Source: Octopus vulgaris
Lineage: Eukaryota
Assembly (NCBI GenBank): GCA_951406725.2
Contig: OX597814.1
Span: 43,276,001 to 43,340,000 of the forward strand
DNA length: 64,000 nucleotides
Direction of reading: 5' to 3'
Shown: in pieces, positions 13,791 to 28,011 of the stretch
Numbering within the stretch: position 1 is the first letter of the stretch
How the letters are laid out: each line of letters begins with the position of its first letter
Made by a program: the position numbers and the translations under genes
The notes under the pieces: generated by a model
Database searches by the model: none
The model's input: only the letters and a program-made list of their open reading frames with translations
What the model was told of the DNA's origin: nothing

Positions 13791-14001
13791 GGTGGCGAGC
13801 TGGCAAAATAGTTAGCACGCCGGGCGAAATGCTTAGCGATATTTCGTCTGTCTTTACGTTCTGATTGAAAACCCTGCCAAGATCGACTTTGCCTTTCATC
13901 CGTTCGGGGTCGATAAATTAAGAACCAGTTGTGTACTGAGGTCGATCTAATCGACTGGGCCCTCACCCAAAATTTCGGGTATTTTACCTATAGTAGAAAA
14001 C
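13791..14001 (+). mobile_element. SINE family B with 16-bp TSD
   Basis: ggcgagctggca..ttagcacgccgggcgaaatgc head; TSD aatattggtttcaaat at 13773-13788 and 14002-14017. Confidence 0.85.
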
Positions 14002-14002
14002 A

Positions 14003-14225
14003 ATATTGGTTTCAAATTTTACCACAATGCCAGCCATTTCCGAGGTAGTGGTGAGCATGCCGATTACATCGACATCAATGCTCAAGTAGTACTTATGTTA
14101 TCAATCCAGTAAAGGTGATATGCAACATCAACCTCGGCAGAATTTGTTATCAGAACATAAAGAAAGAGGATAATCCCACTAAGAATTTTCTCGTTTAGCT
14201 AACTATTCTGTCAGCTCGACGCCTT
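14003..14225 (-). mobile_element. Older diverged SINE related to family B
   Basis: Minus strand aaggcgtcgagctgacagaatagttagc...aaattctgccgaggttgatgttgc matches the family B head and core. Confidence 0.65.
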
Positions 14226-14549
14226 GAGACCTCATGTAGCATTGAAATCCTTTCAATTTATTCTGATTCACTGTGTTGAGCATGTTGTTTGTTTGTGTTT
14301 GTGTGTGCGTGTTTGTGTGTGTGTTTGTGTGTGTGTGCATATGTGTATGTGTCTGTATGCGTTTAGTAAGGCATTTGGAGAAATTTGAAGTCGCTGTTAT
14401 CTCAGATCTTTTTATAAAGTTGACACTACTTTTATTGATTTCTCAGTAAACTAATTTTCAGTTAATATCCTAACATACACGTGCACAGACACACACATAC
14501 ACACAGTCATATTCTTACACATACATACACACACACACACAGACACACA

Positions 14550-14593
<44 letters not shown>

Positions 14594-17500
14594 TATACGA
14601 ATTTCGTCACTGCCGAGCCGAATATGGAAGTGCTTTCAACTATCGTACCTACGATAGACTCAAAGAAAAGGTTTGGTATTTATAAAATTTTATTGAAACC
14701 TGATAGTATTATGGGTAAAAATTAGGAAATAGATTTCATTGATTTTGAAAATATAAATAGCAGAGCCGCAATCCCTGCCATAATTTCAGTGGTGCAAATT
14801 TACAAGAGCTCTGACGACTGACAATACTGTCGTGACATCTAAAGAAATTTTTCTCTCTGACTTGCAGGAAAATACTGTCACATATACTGACTAAGAGAAT
14901 GCCAAGATATCCGAAGAAGTGCATCCTCCCAATTTTGTCAAGGCATTCCAACGCCACTATTTTCAATTCGTGGCCATTTCAGGAAAATTTGTAGAATAAC
15001 GTGTTTCAGCTTCCATTATATTTATTAACTTCATGAAGGCTTTCAACTAATGAACCATGTATCCGATATCGTTTGGTGAAGTTATGGAGAGGGTGTACAG
15101 TTGGTATATCGTTTAGAGTTTCCTTTGGGCGTGGCAGCCTGATGCGTCTTTATGACCACATATGAAGAAGAACATGGCTGTGTGTTTGCTTATATGCCAT
15201 TTTCTTTACTTCTGCATTCTGCTCTAAAATGATGTCAACAGAAGTTATACATAGTGGGCTGTAGAGATGCATTAGATACTAAGTTCTGTTAAGAAATCTC
15301 GAAATGTCTGTATTTTCTGCAGAGATATCTCGGGTCTATTGGATTGTACCATGGAAAATATCTAGAGAACTGTACGCAATTTTGAATATATGTCTTCAGG
15401 TTGAAAGTTCATGTGCAAAAGAAGGCCTCCGTGTATACTGCATATATTTTTCTCACCCAATTTCATTTACAATTATAAGATATTTCAAAGCATTAAAAGT
15501 AGACTTGCAGGATGTATTTACTGGCAATAATTAGCAAAGCAAGGAAATCGTTACTAAATGAACCTCCAGTTTCATACTATTAATAACGCACATAAAACGA
15601 CACGGTTAGAAATATTCGTACGCTTAGTAACTGTAAAGGACAATACTGATTTTAAGCAATGTTTTATTAGCTGAGTCCTTTTACTCAATTCATAATAAGA
15701 ATTAGATTATTTTAGTCACCTTACAGGGAGGCTTTATTAATGGAATCATATAATACTTTGCTAATTGATCGGTATGTATTAAAGAATTAATCGCTTTAAA
15801 CCAGGTACAATTATTTTTGTCGCTGTTAAACGTTATTTATTTTTTCCTCTTTGTCTGTTAAAAGAGACATACCATAAGATACAAATATAACATTTTTGTT
15901 ATCAGAATTAGTTGTTACTTTTACAGTTGTTGAATGCTGTCTTCAAATTAGTTTTATAATTAAACAGGTTTGTTAATATGTTCGTTACACTTCCTTTCAA
16001 AACGTCGCTGAATATGGCCTCAGCTCACATTTATGGAATTTGTATACATACCCGAGATATGTATTCATCACATTATTTACAGGTTTTGCATTTCGACTGA
16101 TAATCCTGTCTTTTTTTTCTGTTTGAACATTCGTCATAACTGTTATTTTCCTTTCAACACGTTTCGAGGTTTAACAACTGATCATTAATGTCATGTGAAT
16201 TTCTGCTTAGATATCTAAAGTATTTTTGTCATGGAAGTAGGTAATATCGTTACAACGCAAATGATCCACAACTGTAGAGGTAGCATGGATGAATGAGGAA
16301 TGTAATGTTACATACCTTATTCACAGTATTATATCTATTATATGCACTATTAACAGCAACAATTTTGCCGGTTGCTATAACATGAAAATCTGCATAAAAA
16401 CAATTAAGTATTATGGTTCGGGAATACTGCAGAAATATGGAGGAATTGTGCACGAATAACAAGCATTAAATTTCTAGATGTCACTGCTTATTCAGAAGAT
16501 ATATACCAACCGGTGTGAGAGAGCGTGGGTCTCGTATCACAGAAATATGAATTTCCTGACTTATGGAATTTAAATTGCCCAATATCTCAATTTTATGCAA
16601 AGAAACATAAAACTGAGAAATTACACATTTAATAATATACACGTTTTATATTGTTATATGAACATATTGATATGATAAGTAAACATATTACTATGTTGCA
16701 GCATATTTCTATTTTTTTTAAATACTCTTATATTTATTTACAAACTGTTGCCATCAATATATAATATAATGTCTGTACCCGATATTTTTTGTAAAATGTA
16801 AGTTGCAAAATAAACTATACTTCATAGCTGAAAAAACAGTAGTTGAATATAGATTTCCAAGCAAAAATATAGACTACATATATTTCAAATACATAAAAAT
16901 TATAAGCATATTGATCTATAATATGGATTATATAGATTTCAGATACCTGAAACGAAATATCACCAAACAGTTTCCCTCTATCTTTCGCAGCTTCTTCGTA
17001 CAAGCAATGGAAACAACCTTCAACTTTTATAATTTTCCAGATAGGCTATCATTTATTCCTCGAACTTCTGATCGTCTTCCGTCACAATATCTTTTCGCCT
17101 TTATATATTTCATAACTACTGTACGTTTCGAAATTTGCGCCTTGAACTTCTTTCATCGAATTTTGAATTTATTGTCCGCATTTTATGTGGCTAAATCTAG
17201 AATGTGCCCGGCTAGAACACGGTTTGAAAGCAAAGCACACACGCATTTTAAACTACTCCTGCAGAATTACGAACACCCTGAAATTGTGAATTTTGAAATT
17301 TTTGTCACACCAAATACCATATAGTTATAGTTATTACAATGAAGGCTTTTATTATTTTGAGAATAGCTCACTAAACGTATGTACTAAATTTGTTTCACCA
17401 CAATGAAATACCAACATTATATTACAAGTTGCTGCTCTACCAAATGACCGTCTGTTAATCATTCTGCATTTTTCAAAGACAGCACTTTAAATACATCTTG

Positions 17501-18765
17501 TATATCGTTACGACGAATAAATGCCAAGAGGGGTAAGTGCCATAACTATATTTTATATGCATCCAAGTTGCTCTGAGTTCAAAATTCTATTCGTCATTAG
17601 TATCTCTCGCTATGTGTAAAACTGGATCAAAGAAAATGAATATTTCAGTTATTCTTTGAAATACGAAGTGCCATTAACTGTTCCACGGATTTTAATATAT
17701 TCGCTATGAAGATCAATTGTCATCACTAATTCCATATGGGTGTTTAATGTATAAGTTCAAATGGAGGGAAACTCAGCAAGCCTCAATTTTGCTAATCTGT
17801 TAGCAATACGGCATGGTAACTCGTCCCTGAGCTACGGACGGATAACAGCTCTAACCGCGATATTACTTTAATTATCTAAGATTCCCATTAAGAAGTATGC
17901 ATGTCCACTTCACGCATATATTTGTGAAATCTCACCAGCCGAATGAACCTGAGATATCTTAATAGATCCGTGGCCCGATACTGGATATCCACTTTCCGTT
18001 CATCCGTCACTCGGTTTAAAGTTAGTGGGTTCAAATCGTACTACTGCTCAAGTAACATAACATTACATGATTAAGATACCTTTATGAGACTCCGAGCCAT
18101 TAACTACAAGAAGCCTAATATCAAAAGCTGCATAGCACATTGTTTCTACTCCTTGCCAGTATTTATGAGTAATTTCAGAACTAAAGTATCATTCATTCAA
18201 GAGAATTCTTCCTAATTTGGGGGCATGTATGATAGCATATGAAGGATGTTTATAAACATTACATGTACCCCCAACTTTAGTCTTTTTTCTTTGCTATTTG
18301 ACATTCTGTCATGTTTCCACGCACCAATATTTAGATTTAACAGGCGGCTTAAAAATAGAACAAATACAGTATTTGCTGACATATCAATGTATCAGCTTTT
18401 GCAAGAAAAAAATCATGTGAAAGACAAAAGGCATATATTTACATCGTCAAAACAGTCAAATTACCTGAGATAAATGGAACACGTATGAAAGATAGTCTCG
18501 TTTCCCGGTTTTAAGTAAAAAATACTTTTAAAGCCCATGTATTTAAATAAACATTTCCATACACGTACATACACATATTAACGTATGCATTCACCCTCCG
18601 TCACAAAATCACACACACAAGCACACAAACACGCACACTCACTGTATTAATTTCTATTTTATCCCTTAAATTTTATTTATCTTTTTTATTGTTTTTTCTA
18701 TTTTTTTTATCTTGTATCTCTTAATTTTTGAATTTTTTATTCATTTCATATATATGTCTATACAT

Positions 18766-18877
<112 letters not shown>

Positions 18878-19552
18878 GTACGAACGTATGTATGTTTGTA
18901 TGTATATATTTAACTATCTATATTTATCTGTCTATATATTTAACTTTTAATCGGTAGAATTTACAACTAAAATGCGTTTACATTCTTCTATTTCACTATT
19001 ATAATTTAAAAGTCATTGAATTCCTTCGAACTTGCACGAATTGTGTGTATTTTGTCTTATTCTTGTCAAAGCGGCTAATATAAATTTGCGCATCTCATTA
19101 CACCAATGATTGTGTCGTTTACTCAGTTTACATACAAAATTAGCAGGCATCATTATGCTGCTGGTGGCTTTCTTATATTATGAAGTATATGGGTATTTTG
19201 AACATTTATGACGAATATTTGAAACACATTTGTGACGTAGTTAAATGCTTAACTTAAACGAAATTAACTAAGAGGAAGTAATTGAGTTTGCGTTAGGACA
19301 TGTATTCAAACAGGAAAGATGAAGTATTTTATATCACGCACGATGTAAATAGATTCTTGATTGTTGAGATTATGTTTCAGGGATATATCAAAATAATCGC
19401 TCCTTGGCGAGCGGGACAAAATCTATAGAAAAATAGAGGTAATCCATGGAATAAAGCTTCCAAATCTCTCATTATTATAGAGACTTGAATGTCAGTTTCG
19501 ATAACGCTCGATTCTAAAGACTATTTGCTTTTCTCATATATACGTTGGTTCA

Positions 19553-19824
19553 TCATGCGTGGCTGATAAGGGCCGGTTTCCCGGTTTCTTGGCGTATAGG
19601 TTCTCCACCTGGACGACACACCGGTCCTTCGCGGCTGAGCTGCAAGATGCAGGAGGAAAGAGTGAGAGAAAATTGTGGCGAAAGTGTCAGTAGAATTTCG
19701 CCATTAACGCGTGGAGCTTAGGAGTTTTGGCTCATAAACACAAACATCGCCCGGTCTGAGATTCGAACCCACGATCCCTTGACCGCGAGTCAGCTGCTCT
19801 AACCACTAGGCTATGTGCTTCCGC
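19553..19824 (-). mobile_element. tRNA-derived SINE (head related to family C) with 11-bp TSD
   Basis: Minus head gcctagtggttagagcagctgactcgcggtc..gggttcgaatctc; TSD acgttggttca at 19542-19552 and 19825-19835. Confidence 0.85.
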
Positions 19825-21076
19825 ACGTTGGTTCAACTACTAACATGCGACTCTCCTAACATTCTTGGAAGTAGAAATAATCTCAATACTACAATAATTT
19901 ATCTGTTGTGCTATTAAATAGTGTCCGTTTTTGCTGTACAGTACATGTCAATGGGCGCTTTAAGGTAATCTTTTTTTTTAGTTATATAAGATAATTGTGC
20001 CATAAAAATCTTCCACCCATTTTACGTCTTTTTTTTGCCCAGTTTTCTGGATATAATGTCGTGCATGATGTGCTGATGTCACGTCTTAAAGCAGAGGCTC
20101 GTATTTACAAGTGCAAAGTTTTTCTCCAGTCAAGCAGATTAACTCTTCTTTAGTGTCAAGTCAGTTATGGAGAATTCTGTGTTTAAATTATCTCTCATTC
20201 TCATTTGCCGTTAGACATAATTGCTACCAAGCGATTTTCCCTGCATTCTGAGAATCGGTGATAATTTCAATGGATGAAGTATTTAACTCGTATGTTGTTC
20301 GTTTGCTTTGGTCAAACGCCTTCCTCTAGCATATTGTCGTAAAAGAGGAAGTGTTTGATTGTGCAACTATGCTTGTTACACATGATTATGCGTATATGTC
20401 TATGAGTGTGGTGGTGGTTTAGTGATTAATCATTCTTATTTTCTGATGTAATTTATTTCAATATGCAAAATACAATAGTTGAAATGAACATGTTCTTATA
20501 TCTTGGGCACGCTATATCGTACATCCGTTTCAACTGAGATTTCCCGAATACAGATTCAAATAAGTTATTTATTATTTGAGTGTTTAATATATTTGCTAAC
20601 AATTTCATCACATCCACTCTTAATTCAATCATTGTAATAAATTAGAAAAATGTTCCGTCATGAAGCAATTTTTCTAGAGAGATTATTATGTATTATTGGC
20701 GCCGTAGGTTGACACTGATAATTTATCACCCAATATCACCTTTTATATGCCAGGTCTTACATATAAAGTGGAGGGAATACAACGCACGTGAGTTTAAGGG
20801 ATTTTTCGGCATCCAATAATATCTTACAATTTTGAGCATTTTTCTTGTGTTCCTTTATTATACATCGTAAATTGTTTTGTCTATTCATCAATATTGCTGC
20901 AAGCTCAGAATGGTGAAATTCGCGGTAATAATTTCTGTTGTGTTCTGCATCCAATAATATAATATAATCACTTGACTTTGTGCATTAAGTATTCTTTTTT
21001 ATATTTGTTTTTACTCTTACTTCCTCACAGGAGTGCACACACATATACGCAAATGTTATATATTAGTCATATCGAG

Positions 21077-21117
<41 letters not shown>

Positions 21118-24100
21118 AGGGAATGTAAGTATTTGTATATGCATATGAAAATGCGTATATATATATCTGTGTAGATATTTAGGCATACACGTAACTACAA
21201 GTGACTAGAATTGCTTACAAATATATGTTTATTTGTCTACATGTCATTTTATAAATGTTCTGAAATATGTGAATAAATGAATATTAGTATGTTTATATGT
21301 GCATGCGTATATAAGCATCTCTTGTTTTAGAAACTCAACAACAAATGAGAGAAGTCAGTTTTAAGACTGATGATGTTAAGAGCCCTTAGAAAATCTTAGG
21401 CAATTTAATATCCTGTTGTTGAATGGCATCAAATATGAAAAGCATTTCCTGTAATGAAGCATCGCCATGATTCCTCAAAGAATCAAAATGAAGAATATAT
21501 CCAAGAATGATGATGTCGAACTGACAAAATCATTGTATCTAACTACTAATTACTATGCCGAATTCCCATTCATTATCTATAATTTTTACTGGAGCTTTCA
21601 CTGTTTCTGTAATTGTGCTGTTCGTAGAATTTGACTTGAGGCAAGAAGGTGTCTCGTTTAGGACGCGTTTTTCAAACCGCAAATTAAATTATACACAAAT
21701 AGTTCAAATCGTTTGACAATACATTCAAATTATTTCGCGTTGTTCATACAGTTTCGTATAGTAATTGTTTTAGTTTAATGCAGTTTTAATTAACATTCCA
21801 ATGGTTGAAATCGCTGAAAGTTATATAATTTTCGCGATAAATTCGCAAATCTATTGTAGACAAGATATCTATAAAATGCGTAATGTATTAGGCACTTATG
21901 TACTGTACTTCTTGAAATCTTTCATATAAAAACTAGAATAATTTCCACAAAGTACAAAACTAATAGCTCAGATAACTTCCCATTTCATCTTGATAATTTC
22001 TCATGAGGTTACATCGTCAAAACTTTATTCATATGCGCAAAAATATCTATAAATTTTTAAAATTTGATGTGGATATCTCATGAAGATAATATTGGGTAGA
22101 AATGCAAACAAGGAACTTGCCTAGGAATGCAATGATGAATATTTTGATAGTACGGATAATAAACAACCTATCTTAGCGTAAATTTTACTCAGAAAGTTAT
22201 CAATTTCTCAAATAATATGCAAAGTTGTATTTTTATAATATTATAGCAGCTTCATTTTTTCTAGGATACATATTTTACCATTCGGATGGCACTTATTATA
22301 CCCAAACGCAGATTTCGTACAAGGGTTTTATTTATTTCCTACTATTATAAGAGTTACTGACACATCAAAAATGTTTCTAAACTTGTAATGTCTCTGCATA
22401 TTTTAAGATTTCTCCATATCTACAAATATATTCATATATATCTAATAATTACCCCCAGAATTTTCCTCTGTACATGCAATAAAATTAATTCACGCAAACA
22501 TTTAAACAAAAGTACTGGCACACGGAGAATCCGAATTTTGCGGGCGCAATGCGAGAACTATAGTTATTACAAAATTGGGCTCATGGTAATAACGTTTAAA
22601 GATGGTTCATTGTGGAAAGATAAAGGTAGAAAGTTGTCTAAACTATATAGCAATGAGAATTCAACAGTAACAGAGTAATAGCACAAACATATCAACATAT
22701 AAGGAAACAAAAAATTAATAATCATAATCATAAGTACCGACAAAAGACAGCTTCCAAAACCTAGCAAACTCAAATTGTTTAGATATGAAAACATCATTCA
22801 AATCCCCAAATTAAGATGACAGGCTAAGTGCCGTGCCTCTGTAGGATTGCTGCATGTCTACAGATGCATAGTAACATTAGGTCCATTTAGTGAAACTAAT
22901 CACAGTAACCACAGTGCATCGCCTTTTTCTGTAGCATTAACGGCCACTACAAATAAAGCATATGTAATTTAATGAGCTTGACCCAACAAAACATAGTTCT
23001 CAAATGTTACAAGCCGATCCATAGCAAATTTCTGTCGCTAAACTGACAACTCAGAAGAAAAGCTGATTATTCACGAGCGTTAGTTGAACCAGGCTGACAT
23101 AGCTCAAATAACTAGCATCTCCAGCACTGCCTTGTGCGTTGTATTTATCTCGAATAAATAATCTAATCAATATTTTGGATAGGTATGTATGTTAGAAATG
23201 CATTCATAAATTCGCTCTACACCATCCTTTGGAATAGACTACTTGGATGAAACATACGAGCTCAGAATTGTTCTTGGACCAACGTCTCCCACAACATTAG
23301 CTATAACAGTATTCTGCTCAAGTGTTGGCGTTTCAAATTAAAACAATATATCTAGAGATATAAATATAAATACCTCGACACAAATATAAATACCAAGAAG
23401 AAACGATGTATAACAAGCACACAATTGTATGGCATTGAATGACAACATGCGCAGAAGGGTCAAGAATACTGGAATAGATACTTTTATGTAGAGGAATGCA
23501 TGTCGGCTTAATCGAAAATATCACTAACAGACAATGTGGTATCCCTAAGCCAAATTTACCTACTGTCTATAGACATTTGTTTTGAAGGATATTTTACAGT
23601 TACACATTTTTTCAGTAAAACTGAAATTTAGACACTATGTAATTGAAAATTGTTGGGGATTTAGGAAAAAATAACGATCTAAACATAACGTTTAGTACTA
23701 AAATATAATCGAACAAAACAAAAATACAGTTTCAGAGCTAAGTATCAGAAATCCTGGTAACAGAACTTCTAAAAAAAAAACTCATATTAATACACAAATG
23801 GCTAACGAAAAAGTCAAACAGCAGCTACAAATGCTAATAACGAAGAGGATAACACTTTTAAAGCAAACGAAATAAGAAATAAAACAGCCAAAATTGAAAT
23901 GTAAGATATTAGTCATCGAAAATTTTGAAGATGTAAGAAAAGGATTTGTTTATAAGTGAGGGATATGCTGAAAGTAACAAAATATGTAAGTCTGAATTTG
24001 AAATATAAACATGAAAATAGTCAAAATTTAAAACAATGGAAATAATGAAAGTGTTAAATTCAATATAACATCTTATTCTAGACATATGACAGTAATTCTC

Positions 24101-26765
24101 GAAGGTAACTCTAATAGCAACAATTGACGATGCAAACCTGGTCACTGCATATATAAACAGAGCAATGTCGAATATTAATACCGTCAGGACAAATAAAATA
24201 ATATATGCATCGACATAGTTGTTAGAAAGAATATGAATACTTCTACGGATTTTCTTTCGTGCAGATATGCAAGCGCCAGCAAACAGCATGAAAAAATATA
24301 TAAAGTTAAAAACTATATCAGTCCATAATGAAATCAATAACCATTGGATAAATGAATAAAAATAAAGAGGCTGGAGAACAAATGTCACATGAATATAAAG
24401 AAAAACAAAAGCAAAATAAAGTCACATCACGCCTGAAACAAAAGTTCCCGGTAAAACACAAAGAATATATTGGTGTGAAAGTGACGACGTTTCTTTGCAC
24501 AAAACAGCCTATTTTTTTTCCAGTGGAAAGTGATTTTATCAAAAACTATGTTTAGGTATGAATAAAATAAAAAAAACAATGCAATTCTAACAATAGAAGT
24601 AGGCGTTGTCAAGTACGGAAAAATGCTTAGGAATTGCCATAAATGATATTCTCAAACAATGAATACCACCCCTGAAAAATCACCGAAAATCGTATAAACA
24701 ATATGCATTATCATGTACCAACTAAATGAAAATCATCCGGAAAAAAAGTGCAATCGTTACAATTCCAAAATTCTGATTTAAATATTTAAAAGGACAATAT
24801 GTTGTAGTGAAACATATTTAAGAAAGTACTGAAGGATCTGAAATATATTGTGGACTGGCTCACAAATGGAAAAGCTTAATCTCCAAGTTGAAAGAAACGT
24901 CAAGTTGTAAAATCTACATAACCATGTTCTGCTTTTCTACAGCTTAAGCGTCCTTAAATTCAAGAAAATCGCAAAGACCGACACATCGACCAAAAAAGGT
25001 AACGTATATCCTTGGGAGTAGAAAAGATGCTGGAACAACTGATATGGTTGTAAAAACCAGCTACGAAGAATGTTATCAAAAATCTATAAGCAAAATAAGG
25101 ATGAGTTTCAATTTGTTGTCGATTCATTATCAGAATTCGTATATTAGTGTTTTCATGCAAATATAATTAACCATGAGTAAGTTACAGCCATTATAAATCT
25201 TAACTTGTAATAATTCTGCTTGTCACTCCGTTACATAGCCTATCCATAAAGCTTCCACGTGAATAGTTGAAAGGGAGAAAGGAAATGACTGAGGGAAGGC
25301 GATGAGGGGTAGGTGAAAGAATAAGGATTGAGAGGTTAAGGGAAGGTGAAAGGTGTATGAGAGAAGGGGAGGGGAGGTAAGAGAGCAGGTGGGGATGTGT
25401 TGGGAACGTAGAGACAGTGGTGGGTGAAATGTCCATTTTCTTTTTTTTATTAAGTAGTTTTTGTTCCGTTATTTAGCCCTTCTGTAAGGAATTTACATGT
25501 TTAGTTGAAGATAAAGGCGAAGAAAGAAAGAATAGAGAGAGAGAAAGAGGGTAAGCAAAGAATGAGAGAGAAAGACGGGGAGTGTTGTGTATTAAATGTA
25601 TAAAAGTGTCCATTAATCATATAAAATGTATCTATAAAGTGAATTAAGTAATCATCGTATTCCAATTTCCTTCACTTTTTAATCATTAGCAGATGAGAGA
25701 CTATATTTTGATGCAGGCAAAACACAAGCTGCGCTTTCAGGTATTTTGGATAATATTTCCAGAAATAACCTACAAAGTTTACCATTAATTCCGTGAACTA
25801 TTCAAGGATCCCGCTAGTAAAAAATAAATGATACAATGCGGTATATTTTGTTTCTGAATTATAAAAAAATACAGTTAATTATAAAGATTTTACCTCATAT
25901 CTTCAGGAGCCCTTCTTACTGCAAATATTTTGACGTTGAAAATTTTCTCTAGCATGTTAAGTCATATCCCATATGAATACAAATTATAAAAAAGAATTAA
26001 ATACATGTGCGACATCAAGAAATACATTGTAAATAATGAAACCAGATTTTCAGCAATCTACAAAATATAGATATGTATGAGAGAAATGAATAAGACGAAG
26101 AGTAGTAAAACTTTGGGGTAAACATTAAAATAAAAAAATATATATATATATATTAACATAGTGTTGCATAAGAAACAATTAAAGCGGAAGTAAAAGCAAG
26201 CTTGGAAAGATTAGAGAACAATGAATAATACAAAATAAAATCTAAACAAGTGAATGAAAAGTTCAAGAGGCGAGAGTATAGACACATAATTTTAATAATT
26301 AAAGTAGAATTTAGTTTTAAAAATAATAAGATAATAAACAACAAATTATTTAGTTATCTCAGTATTAGCCTAGAGTGTTGATACGGAAAGGAGAAACTTA
26401 ATTATTTAGTGAGAAGTTTAGCGTATACCAAGCAGCAACTTAAACAATACTACATCTCAGTATTATATATATACACATTTTGTTTAAGCATATTTAAAAA
26501 TTATTGTTATTGAAACTATCAGATGCCTGGCAAACATCCAAATCAATCTTCAGGATATCGTTGTTCATATCCCCCATTGTTTTCATAGAATATCAGATAG
26601 GTCGCTCATATACACCGCTATCTAATCCACGGATCGCCTTTGGTCTATGTAAATCTTTGACAAGTTTTGTACTGAGCTGTTATTCAATAACTATTAAAAT
26701 TTGAATTTGCATATAATCTTGAAGCAAATTTATATATTGCTGTATGAGGAAAATCCATTGAGAAA

Positions 26766-26830
26766 TTACTGCTGATGACATAGTATCGCCCAGGGTCCAT
26801 GGACCCCGAAGATACTGAAACTTCGCAGAA
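26766..26830 (+). ncRNA. Degenerate minimal hammerhead motif (PLE pLTR relic)
   Basis: tactg-CUGAUGA-cat-agtatc[gggtccatggaccc hairpin]gatact-GAAA-ct-UC-gcagaa; stem I register is off by one. Confidence 0.45.
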
Positions 26831-26846
26831 TGGTTACTGTCAATAA

Positions 26847-27231
26847 GTGGAGGCGCAATGGCCCAGTGGTTAGGGCAGCGAACTCGCGGTCGTAGGATCG
26901 CGGTTTCGATTCCCAGACCGGGCGTTGTGAGTGTTTATTGACCGAAAACACCTAAAGCTCGATGAGGCTCCGGCAGGGATGGTGGTGATCCCTGCTGTAC
27001 TCTTTCACCACAACTTTCTCTCACTCTTACTTCCTGTTTCTGTTGTACCTGTATTTCAAAGGGCCGGCCTTGTCACTCTCTGTGTCACGCTGAATATCCC
27101 CGAGAACTACGTTAAGTGTACACGTGTCTGTGGAGTGCTCAGCCACTTACACGTTAATTTCACGAGCAGGCTGTTCCGTTGATCGGATCAACCGGAACCC
27201 TCGTCGTCGTAACCGACGGAGTGCTTCCAAC
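26847..27231 (+). mobile_element. Full-length tRNA-derived SINE family C with 11-bp TSD
   Basis: A box tggcccagtggttagg, B box gtttcgattcc; TSD actgtcaataa at 26836-26846 and 27232-27242. Confidence 0.9.
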
Positions 27232-27807
27232 ACTGTCAATAAATAGCCATTTTCATCTACGGTGCGATTTTCTGATTGAAAGAAAACTAAATATGTGTGA
27301 AAATAGAAATGAACACCGAACCAGGTTTCCAACTGAGTGACACAGAAATATAAGGAAATAGCGCATGTGTAAGCTACTTATGTCATGAAAAAAACTTCTT
27401 TTTATGTACATCTACGTGAGATTGTGGTCTTCTATTTTCGATTCTCTTTCAGTTCTGTTTCATGAGCAGAGTGGAAGTGTAGAAGAACTGAAGAAATTTA
27501 TCATGGCCATGCATTCCCCAGCACACAGTTGTTAATATGGTGTTTAATCTGAAGTTATGTAAATGGAGTGTTACATAATTCAACTGTGTAACATAACTTC
27601 AGCCGGAAAGTTAAAGCAAAATTGTAATTTTAAATATTTCTCACTACCACTTAGTCGCCCATCAACAGATTATTCAAGAATGAGAAGAGCATAAGATTTA
27701 ATGACTTGGATCCCTAAACTGTACTTTAATCTGTTTATCTTGTCTGGAATAAATATTTTTGTTGTTGTTATTATCTAGTTTTGTAATTTCATTATTAGCA
27801 CACTAGA

Positions 27808-28011
27808 AGGCGGTGAGCTGGCAGAATCGTTAGTATGGAAGGAAAATTCTAAGCAGCATTTAGTTTGCCTTTATGTTCTAAGTTCAAATACCGCCGAGGT
27901 CGACTTTGCATTTAATCATTTCGGAGTCGAAGAAATATGAAATTTGTGTGGGCGATATAATCGACTAATCCCCTCCCCGCACATTTCGAGCCTGTACCTT
28001 TATTAGAAAGG
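27808..28011 (+). mobile_element. SINE family B (diverged)
   Basis: ggcggtgagctggcagaatcgttag..gttcaaataccgccgaggtcgactttgc. Confidence 0.8.

Noticed and set aside
16803-17324. 173-aa ORF
   Set aside because: AT-rich low-information sequence with no recognisable motif; possibly the antisense of a decayed DNA transposon but unsupported
21363-21400. CTGATGA...GAAA candidate
   Set aside because: Stem II is offset and there is no valid stem III/UH with a matching stem I; similar failures at 28490, 29750, 40270 and 57865
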